From: Octopus vulgaris
Lineage: Eukaryota
Assembly (NCBI GenBank): GCA_951406725.2
Contig: OX597818.1
Location: 69,750,001 to 69,814,000 of the forward strand
Length of the DNA: 64,000 nucleotides
Direction: 5' to 3'
Shown here: positions 13,620 through 25,355 of the stretch, piece by piece
How positions within the stretch are numbered: the first letter of the stretch is position 1
Layout: each line of letters begins with the position of its first letter
The notes under the pieces: model-generated
The model's input: only the letters and a program-made list of their open reading frames with translations
Databases searched by the model: none
What the model was told of the DNA's origin: nothing
Position numbers and translations under genes: made by a program

Positions 13620-13766
13620 GTTAGCTAATCTTTACTCCATTCAAATTCTTCATTTAGCAGCCTCTTATGGAAATGCTTCCACATATACCACAGTATCAGA
13701 GATGCATATATATATATATACACATACAAATGCAAGCATATATATATGTATGTGTATATGTACATG

Positions 13767-13820
<54 letters not shown>

Positions 13821-15515
13821 TACGTATGTCATTTTTGCTGTGTATTTTTTGTTTCTATATTCTCTTCTTTTACTTTCAGTGTCCTTGAATGCTAATGCAA
13901 CCAGGCCATCATGTACTCACCATCGTCACTGACAGTCATGTCCGGATTTGTCCTTACATTCTCTCACTTTTTTTCAAGATTTCCTGCTGTTTAATCTACT
14001 CTTCTTGCAGCATTCGAAATAACTTACCTTTTTTTCTCTCTTTTTTTTTTATCGTTCCAATTTTTCTTTCAGTAAAATATCACATCATTCTTCATTTGTA
14101 TCGAACTTCCTGCTTTATCAACCTGCTTGTAAGTTGTCGTTTTTTTTTTTTTTCTTCTTTAGATTTGTTTCTTTCTCTCTGTATGGTACTGTTTTCTCTA
14201 AATGCTTGTTCCATTTTGAAACTGAACCAGCAGATTTACCCTCTCCCTCCTCTCTCTCTCTCTCTCTCATGCTGCATATTTTTTTCCTTAATTCTTCCTC
14301 TTTCTCCAGCAGGTTGCACTTTTATTACTTCGATGAATTATCGCAAAATATTCAAAAAGGGTTATAATATTGTTCATTACTATCAACATTGATGTCATCA
14401 ATGTAATCATCATTATCCCCATCTCCACCACCATTATCATGGTCGTGGTTATCGTCATCATTTTTGTCATCAGGAACCTCATTGTGATTGTCTTGTTACC
14501 AATTTCTTCTTATTTCCTCTTTTCTTTTTTTTTAAAAAGCATACTGTGATCCTAGCACATTCCATCCATAAGATTTATTGTTCTGAATCACATAGTTTAT
14601 AACTATTCTTTCTGGGGCCTTATTTTTGCTTCCCCATTTACCTTAGCAAAGCCCATTTCTCCCTGCCTTACTTCACACAGTGTTTTCTGTTGTTGTCGTT
14701 TTCTATTATATTGCAACTACCCTGCATCGTATGGCTGCAATATTTAGCAGTGCTATTCTTGAATGAATATGAGTAAGATTTGCCATTTGATTTATGTTTG
14801 TTTTCAGACTTCGTTAACGATTTCTAAGCCTTCTTCTTTTTATGGAATTAGTTTTAGTTTCCAATCACTGCATTCTGTTTGTTTCTATTATTTCCAAATT
14901 TCAATTTTTAGATAATTTCTCAATTTCCTTAAGAGATTACATTACCCTCTGCTAAGACTGCCACTTCTTAGTAATGAGGTACTCTCTATCCTGGTGACTC
15001 TCGATAACAACATCAAGACTTTAAGATGAAGCTCCAACTGTCTTCAGAACTGCCTAGAAGAGGTTATCACCTTTTAACAACATTACTTCTGCTTTTTTTT
15101 TATATTTTGACAATATATTGGATATGTCCCACCTGAATGAGATAATAACCTATGCGTGCTCCTTCTTTTTTACTCACCTGCTTTGGTGAGGCTTTTAATT
15201 CTTAGGCTTTACACCTAACATAGTCAATTACCAAACCTTATAACTATATGCATTTATGTTCTTTAGACCTTGTTTAACAATTAACTAATATATATCTACA
15301 TGATTAAAAGTATTAATTAGTTATGTAATTACTTCTCCTACCCCTATTTTAGCTTCTCCCACCAGCATTTATTATTCCACCTTTGCTTCTCCTTTGTATT
15401 TACATCCTTCTTTTAATGTTCTTCTGGGATTGGCTTTTTTACACACATGGTGGATTTCCAGAAACTAGACAGACAAGCAAACCAGGAGACTCGGTCTTTG
15501 GAACAACTGGCCATT

Positions 15516-15897
15516 TTACCAACCACATGGTTCCGAGTTCAGTCCCACTGCGTGGCACCTTGGGCAAGTGTCTTCTACTATATCTTCAGGCTGACCAAAG
15601 CCTTGTGAGTGGATTTGGTAGACAGAAACTGAAAGAAGCCCGTCGTCTATATGTATATATATATATATGTATGTGTGTGTATATGTTTGTATGTCTGTGT
15701 TTGTCCCCCCAACATCGCTTCACAACCGATGCTGGTGTGTTTACATCCCCGTAACTTAGCTGTTCGACAATAGAGACTGATAGAATACGTATTAGGCTTA
15801 CAAAGAATAAGTCCTGAGGTCGATTGGCTCGACGAAAGGTGGTGCTCCAGCATGGCTGCAGTCAAATGACTGAAACAAGTAAAAGAGTAAAAGAGTA
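15516..15897 (+). mobile_element. tRNA-derived SINE family A, near full length
   Basis: B-box GAGTTCAGTCCC, CCTTGGGCAAGTGTCTT core, internal (TA/TG)n, and AGTAAAAGAGTAAAAGAG tail. Confidence 0.85.
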
Positions 15898-16139
15898 CCT
15901 TTCGTTGTTTAACCATTATTTCCTTTCAGAAGACTGGGTGAGTGATCATAGAATTTCAGCTTGCATTATTCCATATACATTCTCTTACACGAATCTACTT
16001 CATGTAATATGAACACACAATGCACTTTACTGCATTTACAGAACACCAAACCCCAGAAACAGATGCAAGTCACTTTCTAAATTCCTTTGGTTACTCATGT
16101 TTTGCTTTCTGTTTATCCTGGTTTGTCCTATAAAACTTA

Positions 16140-16170
<31 letters not shown>

Positions 16171-16407
16171 AGCATATATTTGCTTGGTGTGTTTTGTGGG
16201 TTTTTATTTGTTTTTTACTATATCACTTATTACGATTGTTCTGTTATATATTTTTTCCCCCTATTTCTGTCAAATATTCTTGAAACTAATAGAATCAAGG
16301 TGACTCTTATTTCTCTTAAATGGTACATACGAGTTGACAGTTACAGTTTGTCGGTAGCAAGAAGGAGAAAGAAAGAAATTTTTCACACAACATAATTGTC
16401 ATAAACC

Positions 16408-16409
16408 CC

Positions 16410-16462
<53 letters not shown>

Positions 16463-16498
16463 CATCATCATCACCATCATCATCACCATCATCATCAC

Positions 16499-16530
<32 letters not shown>

Positions 16531-16655
16531 CCACCATCATCACCATCATCATCACCACCATCATCACCATCATCACCATCATCATCATCATCATCACCCA
16601 TCATCATCACCACCATCATCACCATCATCACCATCATCACCACCATCATCATCAT
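16408..16655. repeat. (CAT)n/(CAC)n trinucleotide tract
   Basis: Directly visible; gives poly-Met/Asp/His pseudo-ORFs. Confidence 0.95.
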
Positions 16656-17299
16656 TATCGTCAGCAGCATTATTCCTGTCAATGCCATCACAAAATTGTC
16701 ATCTATCATCAATCATTTTCCCCCTCAACCACCACTTCTTCCACTTTGTTCCTTTCCTCATCATCATCATCACCAACACCTGTACCATCCCCACCTTACA
16801 CCAACAACAACGCCAAACCACCACCACCACCACCCCTGTCATCATTGCCAACTGTTAAGCTCTTCCTTATTGCCCACAACCAATGCCTCCCACTATCATC
16901 AGCATCCTCATCATCCACAACAGCAGATCAGCAGCAACGACAGACATAAGCCAACAAAAATGCTTGTGTTGAGGGAGGATATTCTATGGAATTCCTTGAT
17001 CTCCAAGACATTGCAATCAGATCCTCTGATTTCTCTCTATACACTTCAAAAAGAAAAGATACCTTGAATTATGTTGTTCTTGATACACTATGCCAGCAAA
17101 TAGACTGAAGTAAGATTTTGGAATCCAGGCAGACACCAGAGACCATACCTGGATTGTGGCGTGGAACCAAAGACGAGATATCATTATAGAGGATATGAAA
17201 AGGAGAATCGTTTCTAACAAGTGCTGCAAAGTCCTTCACACAAAAATATTCTACATTATTTACATTTGACAGATAAATGTTCTCTTCTTGTTTGTTGTT

Positions 17300-17345
17300 A
17301 ACACAACGTTTCGGCTGATTTACCCTCCAGCCTTCATCAGGTGTC
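17300..17345 (-). ncRNA. Minimal type I hammerhead ribozyme motif
   Basis: GACAC-CTGATGA-A-GGCTG-GAGGGTAAAT-CAGCC-GAAA-C-GTT-GTGTT. Stem I GACAC/GTGTT, 5-bp stem II, palindromic AACGTT in the stem III position. Confidence 0.75.
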
Positions 17346-17406
17346 TTGGGGACATTTTGAACCTGGGTTCTCATTCCTAAGGTATTTTTCGATATTATTA
17401 TTATTA

Positions 17407-19269
17407 GTGCCTTGGTAGATAAAGATAAAGCAAATTAAGGGTATGGAGACAGGGAAAGCCCCCGGCCCATCAGGAATCACTGCAAAGATGCTCAAAATAT
17501 CTGGCAGTGTCGGCTATAGCTTAGTCATCCGTACAGTTAACGGGGTGATACACAAAGGAGTCATACCCAATGACTGGTATGGCAGCACTATAGTCAACTG
17601 CTACAAGGGTAAAGGTGATGCATTAGATACAAATAATTACAGATGCAGTTTGGGTTTGTGCCAGCCCCTTCCTATTTATCATAGTCCCCCTGGCAATAAC
17701 AGAGGAATTCAAGACAGGATGCCCCTGGGAGCCCCTCTATGCTGATGACCTTGCTCTTATTGCTGAGTCACTATCAGAAGTAGAGGAGAAGTTTCAGGTG
17801 TGGAAGCAAGGATTAGAATCAAAGGGCCTTAGAGTCAACGTAGCTAAAACCAAAGTCCTAATAAGTAGTAAGGCAGGCAAACCACAAGTCCCTTCAGGTA
17901 GATGGCCCTGCTAGATCTGTAGAAAAAGCATAGGTAGAAACTCCATAAGATGTACCCAGTGTAAGCTATGGACACATAAGAGGTGCAGCAATATCAAAGG
18001 AAGGCTAACTGGGACAATAGTTTTTGTATGTGGCAAATGCTCAGGAGCAATAAACACTGAAAATGTGCAGAGAACAACTTCCGACACATTCCAGGGAGAA
18101 AAACTAGAAGTAGTTGATAACTTTCATTACCTAGGTGACCAAGTCAGTAGTGGGGGGTAGATGCTCTGAAAGTGTAGCTACTAGAATAAGAATAGCTGGG
18201 CAAAGTTCAGAGAGCTCTTACCTATGATGGTGACAAAGGGCCTCTTGCTCAGAGTAAAAGGCAGACTGTATGATGCATGTGTATGAACAGCCATGCTACA
18301 TGGGCCCAAACTTGTAAGGGATGAAGCCAGTATACTTCACTGGATGTGTAATGTCAGTGTGCATACACAACAGAGTGTAAGTACCTTGAGAGAAAAGTTA
18401 GACATAAGAAGCATCAGATGTGGTGTGCAAGAGAGACGACTGTGCTGGTATGGTCATGTGGTACGAATGGATGAGGATAGCTGTGTCAAAAAGTCACACC
18501 CTAGTGGTTGAGGGAAACTGTGGAAGAGGTAGACCCAGGAAGACCTGGGATAAGGTGGTGAAGCACGACCTTCGAACATTGGGCCTCACTGACTAGTGAC
18601 CGAGACTTTTGGAAATATACTGTGTTTGAGAAGACCCAACAAGCCAAGTGAGACCATAAACCGTGGTCTATGCCAGGGGTGCAACCAGCCTACTTATGCA
18701 TACCTTTCTTTCATTGGACACTAAACTTTGCTTCTGAAGACCTGTTGAGGCAAGTGAAATCACAATCAAAATCAAATTCGCTGATGTGGCCGATGATAGC
18801 ACTGCCTGACTGGCACCTCTGCCAGTGGAATGTTAAAAGCACCATCCAAGTATGATTGTTGCCAGGGTTGCTGACGGGCTCCCATGCCAGTAGCACATAA
18901 AATGCACCATTCGAGTGTGATCGTTACCAGCGTTGCCTTACTGGCACTTGTGCCGGTGGCCAGTGAAAAACAACATTCCACCGAGATCGTTGCCAGTGCT
19001 GCCGGACTGGCTCCGGTGCAGGTGGCACATAAAAAACACCATTTGAGCATGGCCGTCACCAGTACCGCCTTACTGGCCCTCGTGCCAGTGGCACGTAAAA
19101 ACACCTACTACACGCTTGGAGTGGTTGGCGTTAGGAAGTGCATCCAGCTGTAGAAAATCTGCCAGATCACGTTGGAGCCTGGTGCAGCCATCTGGTTCGC
19201 CAGTCCCCACTCAAACCGTCCAACCCATGCCAGCATGGAAAGTAGACGTTAAACGATGATGATGATGAT
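17407..19269 (+). mobile_element. RTE-clade LINE, 5'-truncated and internally deleted (RT pseudogene plus 3' tail)
   Basis: GKAPGPSGI, YKGKGDALDTNNYR, WEPLYADDL, GLRVNVAKTK, LCWYGHVVRM and GRPRKTW motifs; tandem-unit 3' UTR; (GAT)n end. Confidence 0.92.
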
Positions 19270-19639
19270 TATTATTATTCAGGTCACTGCCTGGAATCAA
19301 ACTTGGAATTTTGGGATTAGTAGCCCATGCTCTTAACCACTACGCCATTGTAGACAACAGAAAAAAATCACTAAATGGACGCAGTTCAGATATTAGTGGG
19401 GAATTAAGCTTAAGACTCTTAAAATCACTGATATGCCATTAGGAAGAGATGCACATTCAGATGGAGACATGCAAGTGCTCTAAAAATCATCCTTCCTCAG
19501 AACAGCTAATATTCTTAAATAGAATATTCTTAAATAGCCAATATTCTTTCTGTCTAAGGTCTTTTGTTAAGGCTTCACAATTAACATGAAGAAGGCAAAA
19601 AACCCGTACTTTATCTTCTGATTTTTGCTGATATGTATT

Positions 19640-19965
19640 CATCATCATTATCATTTAACGTCCGCTTTCCATGCTAGCATGGGTTGGACGAATGACTGAG
19701 GGCTGGCAAACCAGATGGCTGCACCAGGTTTCAATCTTGATCTGGCAGAGTTTCTACAACTGGATGCCTTCCTAACGTCAACCACTCCGAGGGTGTAGTG
19801 GGTGCTTTTATGTGCCACCAGCATGAGGGCCAGTCAGGTGATACTGGCAACGACCTTGCTCGAATCTTTTACACATACCACTGGCACAGGTGCCAGTAAG
19901 GCAATGCTGGTAACGATCATGCTCAAATGGTGTCTTTTACATGTCACTGGAACGGACCCCAGATA
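19640..19965 (-). mobile_element. RTE 3' tail, inverted relative to 17407-19269
   Basis: CATCATTTAACGTCCGCTTTCCATGCTAGCATGGGTTGGACG is the reverse complement of the tail at 19200-19269. Confidence 0.85.
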
Positions 19966-22267
19966 GCCGCTCAGATGTGCAATGAAATACAATTACAGCT
20001 ACAGCAACAATAAGAAGAACAATAACACTTGTGTTGACTCAAGTTTTGTAATATTTTGGTAACTTATTTGCTTAATTCATCAAGTTGCAACAAAAACAAC
20101 CAACTATTCCAAATAGAAAGCATCGTGTTGCTTGGTTTGAAGCCATCTTTTCTGCCCATTCTTTGATCCGATACTGGTACCAGTTCTTGTGCTTCAAAAG
20201 TGAAGAACTCTTTTAATAAAGCTTCCACCACCTCTTGGCTGATGATGCATCAGGAGGGCAGGATGTGAACCTTTGATGACAAAAAGTAATACTATTCTTA
20301 CACACTGGACACACTGACACACACAAACACAAACAGAGACACATAGGCAAGCTTTCACATGTAAAAGTATTTGTATATGCGTATGCATATGTATTTGTAT
20401 ATTTGTATGTATATGTGTTGTGCATGCACACTTGTGTGTATATGTGTGTATACAACAGGCGTAATTCAGTTTTCATTTCTTCAATTCCTTCACAAGGCAT
20501 TGGTTGACCTGGAGAGAAAGTAGAAGACACCGTCACCAAAGAACCATCAACTTTGATGCAAAAGAAGAATTCTCTTTGGGAAAGGTCTTCTGCGAGATGA
20601 GATTGGAGCATTTTGCACTGAGATACACGTTGGCCCTTATCTTTGTGACTGTCATAAATTCATTGAACCAATGACTGGTTTGCTAGAAACCTGCAATCAC
20701 CAATGCCATTGTTCATAAAACGAAATAAAGAAAAAAAATTTTCATGTCTTTTTCAGCCATTTCAAATAACCGTTGAGTAACACTTGAACATTTGTACGAT
20801 CTCTACATTATGGCTATTTGTTTGTGTTGGAGCAGAAATGTTGTATTTCAAACAGAAGTAATTAGAGAACAGAGGTGAAGGGTTATTACCATATATTGCA
20901 TAAATCAAATAATAAACCAATTAGGTTCTGCAAGCAGAAAGCCATAATGGTAACCAGTGTGTCATTGGAACAAGCTTTTATCTGCCAATTAATTTCATTA
21001 GTAAAACCAAAAATTGTTTACACAAGTAGTTTTTCTGTATGATAGCAACCCATCGACACAGACCAAATTACTATGTTGGATTACAATCCTCAACAATGAA
21101 GAAGGACACACATTGGCACCAATTTTTATTTACAGAATGTATAACAGAAATGGAAGCAATGCTTATTATTGAATCAATTTGAAACTGGCCAAAATCTCCA
21201 TAATTGCTTTTATCAGTTTGATCTCTACTTTATCTCGTTGTATTCTACAGTGGAACTGTAGCATTATGCTTTACCAATATCAAGCAGTGGAATCTGTGAG
21301 ACATACAACTCCAGATATTAATTGAAGATGATATTCTTTTACTTGGCGTTGTTTTTCTTCTCTCTATCTTCCATAATTTTTTCTTTGTCCTTCTCTTTTC
21401 TGTTTTTTTTTTCTTCCTTTCCTTCCTTCTAAATTTTTGTCTTGCATTTAGGCTAATTGATTTTCTTTTTCCCATTCCTGATATTCTTAACAGAAAATAC
21501 TTTTTCACATTCTGTAACATTGAAAACTTCTGGGTTCTTTTAGTTTCCAGCTAAATCCACCAATATAACTTTGGTTGTCTCAAGACTGTAGCATAAGACA
21601 CTTGTCCAAAATGCTGTACAATGGGACTAAAACAAAACCACATGGTTGTAGATCAAAACCTCTTATCTACACACTCATACCTGCAGCCGTGAGGTATCCA
21701 GCTCAATGCCACTTGCCAAATGCACAAGTATTTTCTAATATACTTTTGGGTTGATGGATATTTTGTGGGTGAAATTTGGTTGGCAGAAACTGTGAAGATG
21801 TCTGTAATAGAATTGGTATTTGTATACCTTTCTTAAATGTAAATCAATGAAGGTATGTAGACATCACTGGGAAAAAATGCACTTTGAGCAACATCCACTG
21901 TGATATTTGTTCTCCCCACATTAAAGACACTCCCTTTCACACTTACCATCAGAAATGTAGGGAATACGAAATTGGTTTATTGGAAATCTTCAACTAAAGA
22001 CCTTATTGTTCACCAATAGGTTTGCAAAACTTAAAAAATATATAGAAAATTGAAGAGGATTGGAGGGAGACGTCAGAACTGGAAGTGGGGGATTCCATCA
22101 GCCTCTTTCTTCTTCAAGTATCCAAGGTGAATGGCTGGGTGAAATGAATTCAAGGAGGCAAAAGGTTCTGGTCAGAATTTAGGTTGGTGCATCAAGTTTT
22201 TTCTGATCCTGGTGGAGTATAGATTTCCTTATAAGGTAAGAGCATTTTGCTTTTTATTTAAAATATG

Positions 22268-22624
<357 letters not shown>

Positions 22625-24499
22625 ATTATTCTTAAGTAGAATTATAACAATTTAACTCATTTTGACCATTGTTATAGACTGTGAATGTTGCTAGTTTTTT
22701 TTTATTTATCATAAAAGCAGCCCCTTGATTGGGGGGTTCTTATTTATATAAGGGAGAGGAGTAAAAGAAGGACTAAAAAAATGATTCTGTTTTTCTTTCA
22801 ACTAAAGTAAAATGTTATGTTTATAAAAGGAATTTAATTCATTTCTTATTTCTTCTATATCTATATCCATAAACAGCCTGTGTCCACATATTTATGCATT
22901 ATCAGTGCTGAATAATTTTCATAAACAGTACTTTATGATAAATTTCCCTCAAAGCATTCGTTCTAGATCAGGAAGAGAAAGACAGAGCAAGAGATAAAAG
23001 TAAAAAAAGGAAAGCAGATAATCATACATATTTTTAGTCATTGAGACTGAAAGAGCGACAAAGCCATCAAAAGGTAGCAGCCTGATAACACTCGTTCATA
23101 GGAAATGAAGGTGAGCACATGGTACACGATCAGTTTTATCACTGCTGTTCTTTGTCCAGGGATTCTGGATATATAGAGAATATACACCTTTTCCAATGTA
23201 TGTATAATCTAACTTATTTCCTTCATGTCAAAAAGTTTATACTATTTTTATAAATTATCCTCATCAGCTGAATTCTAAATCTGTTTTTTCCATGCTGGCA
23301 TGGGTTAGATGTAATGTTCCATATCAGTTCTTATTTGGTGTTACTGCCTTTCTAGTTGGTTTAAAGATCACATCTTACTCATATGTTCTAGAGCCAACTC
23401 CTTGCAAGGCAAAAAGTATGAAAAGAAGAGAAAAGGACAAAAGAGAAAGAACAGTGAGTATAGGAGAGAGTGAAAGAATAATAGAGAAAAACAAATTTAT
23501 AGGAGAAAAGGATACGATAAAGAATGGATTGATAAAAAGGCAATGATAGACAGCTACATGTTGTTTGTTGGTAAGGAGGTTGATTAGAAAACTAGCTTGA
23601 GTAGTAATGGAAGAGAAAGAAGTGATAGAAGAGAGATAGAGCAATGTAAGAGTGAGTGGTGAAAGATAGAAAGCAATGTCAATGAATGACAGAGGCTGGG
23701 TAATGTTAAAAAATGTATGATGGACTAGAAAAAAAGATGATAGTAAGAGAGAGAGAGAGTGATGGATGTTGATAATAAATGCTCGGAGAAAGAGAGATGG
23801 TGATGGTGAACAATGAAAAGTGGTTAGAGTTTAGTGCATATGGGTAAATCTAATGAAAACCTTTGACACACAAATGAGATGTGATGAGAAGGAGATTGGT
23901 AAAAAGAAAGAGTGATGACTAGCAATTAAGATTGGTGAAAAAAAATGAGAGTGGTGGACAGCAATAAAGATAGGGGTGAGGTGTTGTGTACAGACAAATC
24001 CAAAACTATTCCTCACTACACAGGGATGCCTCATCCATTGATAGAAAGAGGGTTGTGGAATAGATGAAGGAATATGGATGAGATGAGGAGAGCAGGACAC
24101 CTAGGTGGTTTGGTCTTCTTAATCACAATGACCACCTCTTGTCATAGGCCTTTGTCATCACTTTTGTAACGTTTGGCACAGCTATTTCTCTGATGCTAGG
24201 AGGATCCTATCTTTTTTCTTACTTACTAAACTTTGGTCTTTGCTAAGTCTGATGAATTAAAAATCAGTGTCTGATAGAATGTATCCACAGTATTCATTCT
24301 GATGTTCAGTGCTCTGAGTTCAAATTCCACCAAAGTCAGTTTTGACTTCCATTTGTCAATAATCAAAAGTGGTGAATTAGCAGAACTGTATGTTGGATGG
24401 ACGCCCTGCATTACTTATTCTAGATCCTTATATTATGAGTTCAAATCTTGCTATGGCCTATGTGAGTGATAAATTTAAACCCTTATCTGGTTTAACACC

Positions 24500-24990
24500 A
24501 TCACTTCATACCCTAAATACCTTTTGTCAGGACAACACTGCAGCGAAAGCCTCCAAGTTTCCACTTTGAGGATAGTTTCTTCTTTCCTTCTCACCATCTC
24601 GGAGGACCTTTAAAGGGCCTTGAACCATTTCAGACCTTTCAAGTCAAAGTTTTGCATTCAGGTTTGGAATTATTTATCAAAAATATTTTACAGATTTTCT
24701 TAATAAGTCATCAACATATTGCAGTTATCAAGAGAAACAGCTCTGAAAGAACTCTCTCGTGGTCTGCATGGCTACAAGATACAGGGATGGGTTAAAACTA
24801 AACCTATGTTGGGCACCAACCACTAAGCTTCGTTCCTCATAATACTAGGAATGAATTTTCTTGATACTGACCACATCTTACTATATGGCTTGCATTGCCT
24901 TTAATAGCCATTCATCTTGTCCTAGTTTCTGTAAAAGCAACCAGTATAGAGTAAAGAGAACAACATCAAAAAAGGCTTTGGTAGGATGAC
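24500..24990 (-). mobile_element. Old RTE RT fragment
   Basis: Minus translation QKLGQDEWLLKAMQAI...LQYVDDL resembles RTE RT (RKLG..EWLV.AVQAMY...LLYADDL) and has stops. Confidence 0.6.
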
Positions 24991-25304
24991 ACATACTAAG
25001 TAGAATAGTTTAATTCCAGCGAAGGATTCTTAGAGTTGTCTCATAAGGAATTTAGCTTTCACAGAACTTCTTTATGGATCAAATATCAGCTGACACTTGT
25101 CTATGGTATTTCTCTTCTTAATCAGGCATGCTATAACCATTTTAGCAGTATGCACACATGCAAACACATGCACACACACACATACGTAAGCATACATGCA
25201 CACACACACACACGTATATAAATATACATGCATACATATATATATAGGTGTGGGTGGGTGGGTGTGCATATGTGTGTGTATATACATACACACATGCAAT
25301 GCTC

Positions 25305-25355
<51 letters not shown>

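Larger units (their letters stand above)
17252..19346 (-). mobile_element. tRNA-headed SINE with internal hammerhead; head 19270-19346, body 17252-17406, split by an RTE insertion
   Basis: Head GGCGTAGTGGTTAAGAGCATGGGCTACTAATCCC...AAGTTTGATTCCAGGCAGTGACCTG(AAT)n. The body resumes (AAT)n-ATCGAAAAATACCTTAGG on the other side of the RTE. Confidence 0.75.

Noticed and set aside
16316-17067. His-rich, poly-Met or poly-Asp proteins
   Set aside because: (CAT/CAC)n triplet repeats with no splice or homology support.
18725-18765. CTGAAGA...GAAA hammerhead-like motif in the RTE UTR
   Set aside because: Homologous positions at 38385 and 38478 lack CTGA, and there is no stem I or cleavage triplet.
18780-19110. 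CRISPR-like regularly spaced palindromic repeats
   Set aside because: The spacers are homologous to each other, the array is an RTE 3' UTR, the context is eukaryotic, and there are no cas genes.
19270-19346. tRNA gene (also 46700-46777)
   Set aside because: Acceptor stems are not complete and the heads run into SINE bodies; annotated as SINE heads.
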